Shown one piece after another: positions 7,258 to 18,135 of a stretch of DNA of 33,954 bases (the stretch's first letter is position 1; every line of letters begins with the position of its first letter). The stretch comes from Bacteroidota bacterium (GTDB lineage Bacteria > Bacteroidota > Bacteroidia > Chitinophagales > CAIODY01). The notes beneath the pieces were generated by a model that had not been told where the DNA came from, did no database searches, and worked only from the letters and a program-made list of their open reading frames with translations. Position numbers and translations under genes: made by a program. Location: NCBI GenBank assembly GCA_041165265.1, contig JBEANU010000381.1, forward strand, positions 1-33,954, read 5' to 3'.

Positions 7258-9750
7258 ATGATGGAGCAAATTAGTTGGTGGAAACGCCTCAAGAAATTTT
7301 TACTGTATAGTCTGTTTTTTATGGTTGGCGCATTGCTAATCTTAACCGCTTTAGCTTTTATTTATCAAGATAAATTGAAAGCAGTAGCCGTTCAGCAAAT
7401 AAATCAGCAATTAAAAGGAGAGCTGATTTTGAAAGGCGATATTTCAATTTCATTTATCAAGCATTTCCCTAATGCAAGTGTTAGTTTTCATCAAATAATA
7501 TTACGTGATAAAATAAAAAATCATTCTTCTTTTATTGAAGCCGATGAATTTGATGCAGGATTTAATATGCTTAAAATTTTCAAAGGCGAATATGTTTTAG
7601 ATGCCATTTATCTAAAAAATACAAAAGTGAATGTTGTGGTTTATAAAGATGGAACAAACAACTATGATGTGTTTTCAGCCTCAAAAAATAAATCATCAAA
7701 CACTAATTTAGAAGTTAAAAAATTAGTGCTTTCAAATTCAATGTTGATGATAGATAACCAACCTTCAAATTTTAAAATGGAATTATCATTAAATGAATTT
7801 TTGGGCTATGGAGTTTATGAAAATAATATCCTAAAAACTGATTTTACTATTGATGCACAACTTACCAAAAATTCAACTTCATTGCCAGCTTTTATTTTTG
7901 AAAAGCAAATTTCAGTAAACGGAAAAAGCAAGATGGATATGGATAATAGCGATTTTGAATTTCCGTACATCGGCTTATCAATTGCTGAAAATGAATTTGA
8001 ATTAAGTGGTAATTTAAAATTAAACAAACAATTTTCATTAAACTTTAAAGGACGAAATTTTAATGTAAAAAATTTAACTCAATTGTTAGATGAAAAAACA
8101 AAACAGAAATTAAAAGGAACTAAAGGAGAGAATTTGTTAGATAATTTTAACGGGAAAATTAAGTATGATTTTCCCTCAGAAAAATTAAATGTAAGCGGCA
8201 GTTTTAATTGTGATGATGGAAGTTTGCAAATTGCTGATTGGAATAATGAATTCAAAAATATTTCTTGCATTGCATCGTTCAACTACTCCAATAATTTATT
8301 TGATTTTGAATTGAAAAAATTTAATGCTCAATTTCAAAATTCAAATTTTTCATTAACCTCACATTATCAGTTTGAAAATGGCGAACAATTGATTGCTGCT
8401 ACAATTAGCGGTAATTTGAATTTGAAAAATATGATTGAATTATTTCCTGTTGAACAAATTGAAAAGTTGGATGGAACTGTTCATTTAGATTCATTGCAAA
8501 CTGTTTTGCGATTTAATGACCAATCAAATTTGAATTATTTAAGTTTGAAAAATTCAATTGCTGTTGAACAATTAGAATTAAAAACAAAAAATGGTTATTT
8601 AATTGAAAAATTAAATGCTGTAGTTCAAGCTTCTGCTGATGATAATTTAATCATAAAAAATGGAAGCGGAATTATTAACGGAAATGAAATTCAGTTTAGC
8701 GGAAATTCATCGTATCAAAATTTTATGCATGACATAAAAAAATATACAACACTTAAAATTCAAACTGAAAATTTAGATATTAATTCGTTGTTGGTTGCTA
8801 CTAATGAATCCAAAAATGATTCAGTTCAAAATAACAACTGGATTGATTTTCCAATGATTGTTGAGTTAAATTGTAAAAAAGCAAATTGGAATAAATTCAA
8901 AATGCAAAACACAATAGCGGAAGTTGATTTACATGAAAATATAATTACCATAAATCAATTTAAAACCGAAACACAAAATGGAAATTTGCAATTAGTTGGT
9001 TCATTAATTCAAATGGATAAAACTATTGATTTTACTTGTAAAGCTGATTATAAAAACTTGAATATTACATCAACTTTTGAGCAGTTTGAAAATTTTAATC
9101 AAACCATGTTAAAAGCTGAAAACGTGAATGGAAATCTTTCAGGAACAACCACAGCAACAGGAAAATTTGATAAAGAATTTCATCCCATCTCAAAAAGCAT
9201 TACATCATCATCAGATATTTCAGTGGATAATGGGGAATTAAAAAATGTAACTCAGTTATTGAGTTTATCAAAATATTTGAATGTAGATGATTTGAAATAT
9301 TTGAAATTTGCTACCTTAAAAAATCAAATTGAAATTAGCAATGGTAAAATAATTATTCCTGAAATGCGTATTCAGAATAATGCTTTGAACCTAAATATTT
9401 CGGGCACACATACTTTTGATAACGAAATGGATTATTTATTTAAATTAAATTTGATGGATTGGTTTGGTAAAAAATTAGGGAAGAACAATGATGATAATTG
9501 GGAAGAAGATAATGAAAAAAAGGGTTTTAATATTTTTTTACGAATGACGGGTAAAGGAAGCGATATAAAAATTTCAAGAGATAAAAAATCGAGCCGTGAA
9601 AAATTTAAAGAAAATTTAAAAGCCGAACATGAAACCATGAAAGCTTTACTGAAAGCGGAATGGAAAGGTGAACTAAAAAAGGAAACACCTATTGATTTTA
9701 AACCTCAGGAACAAATTGAATTAATAGATTGGAATGATTCCATCAAATAA
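7258..9750 (+). CDS. AsmA-family (AsmA-like C-terminal region) protein
   Basis: N-terminal TM anchor, long beta-rich body, G..NY motif, C-terminal I.NGKIIIPEM.I.NNA..L.ISGTHTFDN.MDY. Confidence 0.8.
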   Translation: MMEQISWWKRLKKFLLYSLFFMVGALLILTALAFIYQDKLKAVAVQQINQQLKGELILKGDISISFIKHFPNASVSFHQIILRDKIKNHSSFIEADEFDAGFNMLKIFKGEYVLDAIYLKNTKVNVVVYKDGTNNYDVFSASKNKSSNTNLEVKKLVLSNSMLMIDNQPSNFKMELSLNEFLGYGVYENNILKTDFTIDAQLTKNSTSLPAFIFEKQISVNGKSKMDMDNSDFEFPYIGLSIAENEFELSGNLKLNKQFSLNFKGRNFNVKNLTQLLDEKTKQKLKGTKGENLLDNFNGKIKYDFPSEKLNVSGSFNCDDGSLQIADWNNEFKNISCIASFNYSNNLFDFELKKFNAQFQNSNFSLTSHYQFENGEQLIAATISGNLNLKNMIELFPVEQIEKLDGTVHLDSLQTVLRFNDQSNLNYLSLKNSIAVEQLELKTKNGYLIEKLNAVVQASADDNLIIKNGSGIINGNEIQFSGNSSYQNFMHDIKKYTTLKIQTENLDINSLLVATNESKNDSVQNNNWIDFPMIVELNCKKANWNKFKMQNTIAEVDLHENIITINQFKTETQNGNLQLVGSLIQMDKTIDFTCKADYKNLNITSTFEQFENFNQTMLKAENVNGNLSGTTTATGKFDKEFHPISKSITSSSDISVDNGELKNVTQLLSLSKYLNVDDLKYLKFATLKNQIEISNGKIIIPEMRIQNNALNLNISGTHTFDNEMDYLFKLNLMDWFGKKLGKNNDDNWEEDNEKKGFNIFLRMTGKGSDIKISRDKKSSREKFKENLKAEHETMKALLKAEWKGELKKETPIDFKPQEQIELIDWNDSIK

Positions 9751-9759
9751 AATGTAAAC

Positions 9760-10926
9760 ATGAACCACTACACTTTTTATAATCGTTTCCGAATTGCTTT
9801 GTTGATTGCTGCCTTGTTGATTGTGATTACAAGCCTGTGGTACACTAATTTGTTAGCTAAAAAATTATCGGCTGAAGAACGCAACCGAATGGAGCAATTA
9901 GCCAATACTTACGAGCATTTGAACACAGCTGGTGATAATATTGATATTGGTTTTATCATCAATATTATTCAACGCAACAAAACTATTCCGTTGATTTTAA
10001 CAGATGAAAAAAAACAAATTCAGGGGTGTAAAAATTTTCCTACAAAAGACTCGGCTGATATAAAAAAAATGGAAATTGAATTGATGAAGATGAGGGCCGA
10101 ACAAGATTCTATTCCAATTTTTGCCAACGGAAAAGTGGTGCAATATATTTTTTATAAAGATTCTACTTTGCTAACTGAGCTAAAATATTTTCCTATTATT
10201 CAAATCTTAATTATTATCGTTTTTTTAATTGTGGCTTATGTTGCTTTTTTTTCATCACAACGTAGTTTACAAAATCAATTATGGGTAGGCATGGCTAAAG
10301 AAACGGCTCACCAAATCGCTACACCACTAAGTTCAATAACGGCTTGGGTTGATTATTTGAAGGAGTCAGACGAACAATTAAAAAATAATAATGCCATTGT
10401 TGAAATGGAAAATGATATAACAAGATTAGAAATTATTACCCAACGATTTAGCAAAATTGGTTCAGCACCTGAATTGGAAATGGAAATTATTTTCGGTTTG
10501 GTGGAAAGAAGTATGAACTATATGAAACGCCGAGCCAGTAGCAAAATTGAATTCAATTTAATAAATCAATTACCTGAAAATTTTCAAACAAAAATCAATA
10601 CACCATTAATAGAATGGGTAATGGAAAATTTATTGCGTAATGCTTTAGATGCCATGGAGGATGGCAAAGGAAACATTACCATTCATTTATCTGAGCAAAA
10701 TAATAAATGTATCATTGATGTAACAGATACTGGCAAAGGCATATCATCAGATAAATTCAAAACAGTTTTTAAACCTGGGTATAGCACTAAAAAACGTGGA
10801 TGGGGCTTAGGTTTGGCGTTATGCAAACGAATTGTTGAAGAATATCATCAAGGCAAAATTGTTGTAAAAAATTCTGAAATAAATAATGGAACAACTTTCA
10901 GAATAATGTTGCAAAATGTAAAATAA
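9760..10926 (+). CDS. Membrane sensor histidine kinase (no cognate response regulator in window)
   Basis: Two TM helices; H-box AKETAHQIATPLSS; N-box ENLLRNALDAM; G1 DTGKGI; F FKPGYSTK; G2 GWGLGL. Confidence 0.93.
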   Translation: MNHYTFYNRFRIALLIAALLIVITSLWYTNLLAKKLSAEERNRMEQLANTYEHLNTAGDNIDIGFIINIIQRNKTIPLILTDEKKQIQGCKNFPTKDSADIKKMEIELMKMRAEQDSIPIFANGKVVQYIFYKDSTLLTELKYFPIIQILIIIVFLIVAYVAFFSSQRSLQNQLWVGMAKETAHQIATPLSSITAWVDYLKESDEQLKNNNAIVEMENDITRLEIITQRFSKIGSAPELEMEIIFGLVERSMNYMKRRASSKIEFNLINQLPENFQTKINTPLIEWVMENLLRNALDAMEDGKGNITIHLSEQNNKCIIDVTDTGKGISSDKFKTVFKPGYSTKKRGWGLGLALCKRIVEEYHQGKIVVKNSEINNGTTFRIMLQNVK

Positions 10927-10930
10927 GGAT

Positions 10931-12832
10931 ATGCAAAAGGCGGATGAATTATTACAAAAATATTGGGGCTATCATCAGTTTAGAGATGGTCAAATTGAAA
11001 TTATTAATTCAATAATTGCAGGTAAAGATACCTTGGCACTATTGCCAACTGGTGGTGGAAAATCTATTTGTTATCAAATTCCGGGATTAATGATGGATGG
11101 AGTTTGTATTGTTATTTCACCATTAATTGCTTTGATGAAAGATCAGGTAGCACAATTAAAGCGAAGAAAAATTAATGCTGCTGCTATTATTAGTGGTATG
11201 AGTAAACGTGAAATTCAAATTGTAATGGATAATGCTCATAATGGATTTCTTAAATTTTTATATGTTTCACCCGAAAGATTACAAAGTGAATTATTTCTTG
11301 AACAAATAAAAAATTTGAAAATAAATTTTGTAGCAGTTGATGAAGCGCATTGCATATCGCAATGGGGTTATGATTTCCGACCAGCTTATTTGAAAATTGC
11401 TACTATTAAAAGTTTGCATCCTACCATTCCAATTATGGCATTAACTGCCACAGCTACAAAGGAAGTTGAACAAGATATTTGTGATAAATTAGGATTACAA
11501 AATACAGCCATTTTTAATGCAAGCTTTGCCCGTAAAAATTTAATTTATGTGGTTAGAAAAGAGGAAGAAAAACAAAGTAAATTATATGATATTTTAAGGC
11601 ATGTAAAAGGCTGTAGTATTGTGTATGTAAGAAACCGACGACTCACCAAACTAACTGCCAATTGGCTTGCTCAAGGTGGTATAAAAGCCGAATATTATCA
11701 TGCAGGTTTAGCCCAAAAAGAACGGGATAAACGACAAGATAATTGGATGAAAAATAAAGTGCAATGCATGGTTTGTACTAATGCTTTCGGGATGGGTATT
11801 GATAAGCCTGATGTAAGGTGTGTTGTACATTTAGATTTGCCTGAAAGCCCTGAAGCTTATTATCAAGAAGCTGGCAGAGCAGGCAGAGATGGCTTAAATT
11901 CGTATGTAGCATTATTATGGAATGATGATGATATACACTCCATTGAATTAGCAAATAAAAATAATTTTCCAGATATCACTGAAATTAATAGAGTGTATGA
12001 GGCTTTAATGAATTACTTTCAAGTAGCTGTTGGTGGCGGCGCTGGGTATCCCTTCGATTTTGATTTGCTAACTTTTATTGATACCTTTAATTTAAATCAT
12101 TCGGTGGTATTCCATAGTTTAAAATTATTAGAGCAGCTGAATATTTTATCCTTAACTGATGCCGTAAATTTACCACCCCGTGTATGTATTACTGCACCAC
12201 GTGATGTGTTGTATCAATTTGAAGTAGAGCATAAAAAATACGAACCTATTATCAAGTTATTATTAAGAATGTATGAAGGTATTAGGGATAATTATTGTGT
12301 AATTAATGAAACAAAATTGGCGGTTGAATTGGCAATGAGTCATCAATTAGTGCAACAATTTTTGATGGATTTAAAACAGTTTAATATTTTAGATTATTCA
12401 GCTGCTAAAGATAAACCTCAAATAATATTGGTAGAACCCCGTAAAAAAATTGAGCATTTGCAAATTGATATAAATGCTATGAACCTATTGAAAAATAAGC
12501 ATTTAATTAGGGCAAATGCAATGATTGAGTATGCTATGAATACGCAAGAATGCAGAGGGAATTTTTTATTGAATTATTTTGGTGAAAACAATAAAATGCC
12601 TTGTGGCAATTGTGATATTTGTATTGAGTTTAAAAAAAATAATTATTCAGCTGAACAAATAAATAAATTTTATTTGGATTTGAAAGCTCTGTTAGGAACT
12701 TCCGATTTTGAATTTCATGCCCTACAAAATTTTAATTTTGAATTATCTGAAAAAAAAATAAAATATTATTTAGAGTGGTTAATCAACGAGGATAAAATAA
12801 AATATCAAAATGGTATTTTAAAAATAGTTTAA
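10931..12832 (+). CDS. recQ: RecQ-family ATP-dependent DNA helicase (Bacteroidetes RecQ2 type, no obvious HRDC)
   Basis: LPTGGGKSICYQ, VDEAHCISQWGYDFRP, ALTATA, TNAFGMGIDK, QEAGRAGRDG, Zn site CR...CGNCDIC. Confidence 0.93.
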   Translation: MQKADELLQKYWGYHQFRDGQIEIINSIIAGKDTLALLPTGGGKSICYQIPGLMMDGVCIVISPLIALMKDQVAQLKRRKINAAAIISGMSKREIQIVMDNAHNGFLKFLYVSPERLQSELFLEQIKNLKINFVAVDEAHCISQWGYDFRPAYLKIATIKSLHPTIPIMALTATATKEVEQDICDKLGLQNTAIFNASFARKNLIYVVRKEEEKQSKLYDILRHVKGCSIVYVRNRRLTKLTANWLAQGGIKAEYYHAGLAQKERDKRQDNWMKNKVQCMVCTNAFGMGIDKPDVRCVVHLDLPESPEAYYQEAGRAGRDGLNSYVALLWNDDDIHSIELANKNNFPDITEINRVYEALMNYFQVAVGGGAGYPFDFDLLTFIDTFNLNHSVVFHSLKLLEQLNILSLTDAVNLPPRVCITAPRDVLYQFEVEHKKYEPIIKLLLRMYEGIRDNYCVINETKLAVELAMSHQLVQQFLMDLKQFNILDYSAAKDKPQIILVEPRKKIEHLQIDINAMNLLKNKHLIRANAMIEYAMNTQECRGNFLLNYFGENNKMPCGNCDICIEFKKNNYSAEQINKFYLDLKALLGTSDFEFHALQNFNFELSEKKIKYYLEWLINEDKIKYQNGILKIV

Positions 12833-14673
12833 TCAGCTTGAGTTAAAAATAGATAAGTCATTAAATATTTCCATTCCAGCTCGGTGGAGGCATGCTTATT
12901 AGTAATTCCGTTTTTTAATAACCATTGATGTGCTTCGGCAATAATAGGTTGCAAATCATTTGAGTGTAACCATTTTTTTTCAGGCGGTTGAAAGCTTAAT
13001 TTATTTTTTCGCCAAGTAATTTCACTGGGTACAATATCAGCAAATGTTCTTCGCAAAATATATTTCGTCCAACCATCATTTATAAAAAAACCGCTTTGCA
13101 TTTTTAAACATTTTTCAACTAATGTATGATTTAAAAATGGTAATCGTACTTCAATTGAATTACCCATTGCATTTCTATCGGCATATTTTAATAATTTATG
13201 CAAACCATATTCAGTAGTGCTATACAGCCTTGCTTTAGTTAAATTATTAAAATTTTTAAAGTTACTTTTAAAGGATTGTGGTTGATGTGAATGAACATAA
13301 TCTGAATGTAAAAATTGATTATAACCGGCACCTACATATTTTCGTTTTAGCACACCAATTTTATCAAATAATGTATGAAATTTGGCATCTAACATAAATG
13401 CAAAATCTAATTCAAATTCACTGCCCGTTATATTTTTGTAACCATCTAATTCGTCTTTTAATTTTTTATCATTGGCTAATAATAATTCTTTAAAATAGAT
13501 AGCATACAGGTTTGAATAGCCTGCTAAATATTCATCAGCACCTTGCCCATCTAATAAAACTTTTACACCATTTTTTGCAGCCATTTGCATTACATCGTAT
13601 TGGGCAATTACACTTGTGCCTGCATACGGTTCATCCTGAAATTTTAAAACATTTTTTGCTCTATCAATTAAATTGTTTTCATTTATCCAAACATCATGTG
13701 GGTCAATAGCAATTTCGCTTCTTACAATATTGATGTATTTACCTTCATCCAAATTATCATCATAAAATCTTGCTGAAAAAGTTTTTTGAATTTGAGTATT
13801 TTCTTTTAAACTATTGATAATACAAGTAATTGTACTTGAATCTAAACCACCTGAAAGTGATGTGCCTACAGGTACATCTGCCATCAATCGGGATTGAACT
13901 GAATGAATTAATAATTCTCGAAATTCATCATATTGTTTTTGCTCATTTGATTTTGAAATGCTTGGTTTTTCATATTCATTTATCTGCCAATATTTATTTA
14001 TCTGAATATCATTATCAGCATTAATTATTAAATACGATGCTGCGTTTAATCTATAAATATTTTCAAAAAAGGTTTCTGATAAATCAAAAGGATTTTCAAC
14101 TAATTCATGCGCCAAATAATTGTAAACCATTTTGTGGTTGATGCTTTTATTTACACAACCCGATGCAAATAATGCTTTAATTTCTGATGCAAAAACAAAT
14201 TTATCTTCTTGCTTTGAATAATAATAATGAAAAGGTTTTTCACCAAATCTATCACGAGCACAAAACAATCTATTTAATTTTTTATCCCAAATAGCAAAAG
14301 CAAACATGCCATCCATTTTTGATAAACATTCAGTGCCATATTCAGCATAAAGTGCCAATAGTACTTCTGTATCTGATTCAGATTTAAATTGATGACCTTT
14401 TTGTAATAATTCTAATTTAAGTTCTTTATAATTATATAATTCACCATTGTATGAAATGGTGAAATAATCGGCGTAATGCATAGGCTGTGCTGCATTTTCC
14501 GATAAATCAATAATGCTTAATCGATTATGTGCTAGCCCAATAGTTTGCGTTTCATTCATCCAAACTCCATTACCATCAGGCCCTCGATGGTGTTGTGCTT
14601 TCACCATCTTATTTAAATTAGTGAGGTTGGCTAATTTTAATTTTGAGCTATATATTCCTGCAATGCCGCACAT
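12829..14673 (-). CDS. asnB: Asparagine synthase (glutamine-hydrolysing) family amidotransferase, likely glycan amidation
   Basis: N-terminal MCGIAG, HRGPD, RLSIIDL, NGELYNY, RDRFGEKP, SLSGGLDS, GQGADE, EVRLPFL. 3' end overlaps recQ by 4 bp. Confidence 0.92.
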   Translation of the reverse strand: MCGIAGIYSSKLKLANLTNLNKMVKAQHHRGPDGNGVWMNETQTIGLAHNRLSIIDLSENAAQPMHYADYFTISYNGELYNYKELKLELLQKGHQFKSESDTEVLLALYAEYGTECLSKMDGMFAFAIWDKKLNRLFCARDRFGEKPFHYYYSKQEDKFVFASEIKALFASGCVNKSINHKMVYNYLAHELVENPFDLSETFFENIYRLNAASYLIINADNDIQINKYWQINEYEKPSISKSNEQKQYDEFRELLIHSVQSRLMADVPVGTSLSGGLDSSTITCIINSLKENTQIQKTFSARFYDDNLDEGKYINIVRSEIAIDPHDVWINENNLIDRAKNVLKFQDEPYAGTSVIAQYDVMQMAAKNGVKVLLDGQGADEYLAGYSNLYAIYFKELLLANDKKLKDELDGYKNITGSEFELDFAFMLDAKFHTLFDKIGVLKRKYVGAGYNQFLHSDYVHSHQPQSFKSNFKNFNNLTKARLYSTTEYGLHKLLKYADRNAMGNSIEVRLPFLNHTLVEKCLKMQSGFFINDGWTKYILRRTFADIVPSEITWRKNKLSFQPPEKKWLHSNDLQPIIAEAHQWLLKNGITNKHASTELEWKYLMTYLFLTQAD

Positions 14674-15854
14674 TAATTCAAAGTTTTATTATCAAACAAA
14701 ATATTTTTTAATCGTATGTAGCTATTATGTACATCATAATTATCTACAATAGTTTGTCTTGCTGCCGCTCCCAATTCTTCACGAAGTGGTTTGTTTTCAA
14801 TTAATTTGATAAGTGCATTTTCCCACTCCATTTCACCATCGGCAATAAATAAATTTTTTAAATGCTTTGCTTCTTTGGGTAACCCGTAGGGTACGCCAAT
14901 CATGGCTAATCCTGTAGATAAAAAATCCATCACTTTCATGGCTGATTTTCCGTTAGCATGAATCGTATTTTTTTCAGGATATATACCAATATCAGCAGTT
15001 TGCAATAATTGATGAAAAGTGTTGGCATCCCAAAAGTGGTGTTCAATTTCTAATCCTTCAACGGTTGGAGCCTGCCTGCCTATTATTCTTAATTTTAAGG
15101 GATACTTTTTATTTACTTTTATTAGTGTAGGAAAAATATAATTCAAGTTTTTTAAATTATGGGGTAATCCTGTCCAAACTAAAGTAATAGGATGATTCAA
15201 TTCAAAATTTATTTTAGGTAAATATTTTGAGGTTACCATGGATATATTCCAAGGTACAACTTGGGCATGCCATTGCTTAAAATTTTGTTCTAAAAACGGA
15301 TTGGAAACCGTGATGGTTTTAGCATATTTTACAGTATTAATAGTTAATTCAAGCTGCCCATCAAATACTGAATCCCAATAATCAATAGTTACATTTTTAT
15401 TGATTTTGTAAATTGTTTTTTCAAGTATTGGATGTTTCAAATCAAAATATAAAGGGAACATGCCTCTTTGAATAAAAATGGCTTCATATTTAGTGGCTGC
15501 TATGGTTTGAAAAATGCGTTTATAAAAACAAAATAATAAAAAGAAATACCATTTCCATCGTGGGCCATTAAAGTATTTATGGCAGGTATCATCATGGGCT
15601 ATATGGCAAACTTTAGTAGGAATATTTTCATGGTCAAAAAATTTGGTGTACTGCATTATTCTGCGGTTTGCACCATCACTTCCTTTAAAACCATACGGAA
15701 AAAAAATCACTCCTTTTTTAGTAATCAATTTCCCAAAAATTGGTGCTATTATTCCTATTATTTCAAGAATTATATGGCCTAATTTTAATGAAATAATAAA
15801 AATAAGATAACAGAATCGGTCCCAATTTTTTTCAATAAAAGTGGTTGGTTGCAT
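14673..15854 (-). CDS. Glycosyltransferase family 4 (GT-B)
   Basis: LVWTG, ADIGIYP...GKSAMKVMDFLSTGLA, L..LIEN..LREELGAAARQ C-terminal GT4 pattern; stop overlaps the asnB start by 1 bp. Confidence 0.8.
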   Translation of the reverse strand: MQPTTFIEKNWDRFCYLIFIISLKLGHIILEIIGIIAPIFGKLITKKGVIFFPYGFKGSDGANRRIMQYTKFFDHENIPTKVCHIAHDDTCHKYFNGPRWKWYFFLLFCFYKRIFQTIAATKYEAIFIQRGMFPLYFDLKHPILEKTIYKINKNVTIDYWDSVFDGQLELTINTVKYAKTITVSNPFLEQNFKQWHAQVVPWNISMVTSKYLPKINFELNHPITLVWTGLPHNLKNLNYIFPTLIKVNKKYPLKLRIIGRQAPTVEGLEIEHHFWDANTFHQLLQTADIGIYPEKNTIHANGKSAMKVMDFLSTGLAMIGVPYGLPKEAKHLKNLFIADGEMEWENALIKLIENKPLREELGAAARQTIVDNYDVHNSYIRLKNILFDNKTLN

Positions 15855-15907
15855 GCAGCTTTATATTACTTTATAAAAGGAAGAATTAATGTTAGAAATT
15901 GAATTCA

Positions 15908-16591
15908 TTAAAATAAAATAAATTTCTTTTTCTTTTTTAAAATGGTACACTTTAAAATTCTAACATCTTCAATGGGCCTATCACCAGGTGCTGTGGTAAC
16001 ATTGGCAATTTTATCAACCACATCAATGCCTTCAACCACTTCGCCATAGGGGGTATAATTGCCATCAAGGTGCGGTGTGCCGCCCATTGTTTTGTAATCT
16101 GAAATTTGCTGAGGAGTGTATTTTACTCCATTTCGTTGCCCCATTTGTTGTATTTCAACTTCAGTATAAGTTCGGCCTTGAACAATATAAAACTGACAAT
16201 TGCTACTTGCTTTTTCAGGGTTGTTATCACGGGCTGCTGCTAATACCCCTTTTTTGTGAATATATAAATCGGGTTTTATTTCAGCTGCAATTCTTTTACC
16301 ACCGGGCATTTCACCATTTCCAAGCATTTGATTGGGTGCAGCATTTTTAGATTGAGGATCGCCACCTTGAATCATAAAGTGATTGATAACTCTATGAAAA
16401 AGCAAACTATCATAGGAGTGTGCTTTTACCATATTGATAAAATTATCACGATGTAAGGGCGTTTCATTATACAATTTTAAAATTATTGTGCCCTTAGTGG
16501 TTACCATTTTTATTTTGGTTTCGGTATTTTTTTTTGCAAATGATAGGGTTGCAAAAATTATTGCCAAAAGTGTTAATCCAATTTTTTTCAT
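15908..16591 (-). CDS. Cyclophilin-type peptidyl-prolyl cis-trans isomerase, exported
   Basis: Signal peptide; TPLHRDNF, FHRVI..FMIQGGDP, HKKGVLAAAR, QFYIV, TPHLDGNYT.YGEV. Confidence 0.94.
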   Translation of the reverse strand: MKKIGLTLLAIIFATLSFAKKNTETKIKMVTTKGTIILKLYNETPLHRDNFINMVKAHSYDSLLFHRVINHFMIQGGDPQSKNAAPNQMLGNGEMPGGKRIAAEIKPDLYIHKKGVLAAARDNNPEKASSNCQFYIVQGRTYTEVEIQQMGQRNGVKYTPQQISDYKTMGGTPHLDGNYTPYGEVVEGIDVVDKIANVTTAPGDRPIEDVRILKCTILKKKKKFILF

Positions 16592-16610
16592 TGTAATAAA
16601 TAATTAATTT

Positions 16611-16967
16611 TTAAAATGAGGTATCAAAATAATCTAAATCATTAAAGTATTCAATAATATTTTCTTTTAAAAGTGTTTCTTGTTCAATAATATTTAATGC
16701 AGGTAATTCTTTAACAGCTTTCCAATGAGGCCAGCCTTGTTGGTCAGCAAATTCAAGCTCATAAAACCCATGCCTACTCAATAATTTGCAAGTGGCTATA
16801 TGCATTAAATCTTGTTTTTCTTCTTTTGTAAAAATACGGGGTGCGGCACCTAATTCACGAATGCCAATCAAAAATAACAAACCATCTAAATCAGGTTTTT
16901 TACCAAATTGGCTCCGCAATTTTTCAGTTAATTTACCCCATTCAAAATCTATTTGTTCCATCAACAT
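16611..16967 (-). CDS. Hypothetical protein resembling a conserved Bacteroidota family; start probably ATG 16967 or 16961 rather than TTG 16985
   Basis: FGKKPDL...LFLIG.RELG...FTKEEKQDLMHIA.C.LL...GWPHW pattern. A TACATTTG -7 promoter element at 16983-16990 overlaps the TTG used by the ORF track. Confidence 0.75.
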   Translation of the reverse strand: MLMEQIDFEWGKLTEKLRSQFGKKPDLDGLLFLIGIRELGAAPRIFTKEEKQDLMHIATCKLLSRHGFYELEFADQQGWPHWKAVKELPALNIIEQETLLKENIIEYFNDLDYFDTSF

Positions 16968-17064
16968 TAATAATATGTTTGGCAAATGTATTTTAAAAAT
17001 GTGATATAAGATGACACTTTGTGTATCTTTGAAAATAATTTTTTAAGATTAAAAAGTATTTTAA

Positions 17065-18123
17065 TTGAAAATAGGAATTTATATTTTACTGTTTTTAATG
17101 TTATCCATTCAAGCCATTGCAAACACTGAAACCGATAAACAGTTAGCAAAGGAAAAATCTATTGAAGCGGTTAAACTAATTGATGCCCGAAAATTTGATA
17201 GCGGCATTAAATTGTTGCAGGATGCTGTAAAACTTGATCCTACTAATTCAAAAATAGTGTATCAAATGGCTATTGCATATTATCAAAAGTTAGATATTGA
17301 AAAATCGCAATTAATTTTTGAGAAATTGCTTAAAATGCATACCCTTTTGCCTGAATACTATCAAGCATATTCAATACTTTTAGAAGATGTGAATCAAATT
17401 CAGAAAGCATTAAATGTGTTGGATATAGGGATTAAAAAATTTAGTGAAGCAGGCATATTATACTTGCAAAAAGGCACAATTTATGCTGCTCAAAAAAAGT
17501 ATAATTCAGCCATTAATTGTTTTGAAAAAGGAATAGATGCTGAACCTTTGTTAGCCGCCAATTATTACTATGCTGCCAAATTATATTGTTATAGCAATGA
17601 AGAAGTTTGGGGAATGATTTACGGTGAAATATTTATGAATTTAGAGCGCAATTCAAAACGAACCACTGAAATCAGTAAGCTACTATTTGATACTTATAAA
17701 AGCGAAATAAAATTTACTACTGACTCAACCACAGCTGTAAGTTTTAGTAAATTTGTTTCCATTAAAAATGATGAATTATCAAATGTGGCCATTTATGAAC
17801 CTACATTAATGCAAGCCTTAATTGGCACCAAAGCCTTAAATATTAACACTTTAGATAAAGTAAGAACCAAATTTTTGGATATTTATTATGAAAATAAGTA
17901 CCCTTTAAAATTTAACAATATTCTATTTCAATTTCAAAAGGAAATTAAGGATGCAGGGCATTTTGAAGCCTATAATCATTGGTTATTGTATAAAGGCAAT
18001 GAAACTGATTTTACTATTTGGCAATTGAAAAATAAAGAAAAATGGGAAAAATTTATTGAATGGTATAAATCACACAAACTTGAAATCAATAACAATAATA
18101 AGTTTGTTCGATTCAAATATTAA
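17065..18123 (+). CDS. Exported tetratricopeptide-repeat protein
   Basis: TTG start, signal peptide, TPR-like repeats (AVKLDPTN, A...FEKGIDAEP...NYY); TATCTTTG element at 17024-17031 upstream. Confidence 0.82.
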   Translation: MKIGIYILLFLMLSIQAIANTETDKQLAKEKSIEAVKLIDARKFDSGIKLLQDAVKLDPTNSKIVYQMAIAYYQKLDIEKSQLIFEKLLKMHTLLPEYYQAYSILLEDVNQIQKALNVLDIGIKKFSEAGILYLQKGTIYAAQKKYNSAINCFEKGIDAEPLLAANYYYAAKLYCYSNEEVWGMIYGEIFMNLERNSKRTTEISKLLFDTYKSEIKFTTDSTTAVSFSKFVSIKNDELSNVAIYEPTLMQALIGTKALNINTLDKVRTKFLDIYYENKYPLKFNNILFQFQKEIKDAGHFEAYNHWLLYKGNETDFTIWQLKNKEKWEKFIEWYKSHKLEINNNNKFVRFKY

Positions 18124-18135
18124 TTAAGTTTCTGC

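Noticed and set aside
5169-9638. Short ORFs 5169-5477, 5601-5876, 7815-8027, 8079-8282 and 9432-9638
   Set aside because: Antisense to well-supported genes, with no recognisable motifs.
9760-12832. Histidine kinase plus RecQ as a defence system
   Set aside because: Both look like ordinary Bacteroidota housekeeping genes in a plsY-asmA run, with no nuclease or other effector domains.
12829-14673. AsnB as a lasso-peptide cyclase (RiPP cluster)
   Set aside because: It has an intact N-terminal Cys glutaminase domain, is coupled to a glycosyltransferase, and no B1/B2 protein or precursor peptide is nearby.
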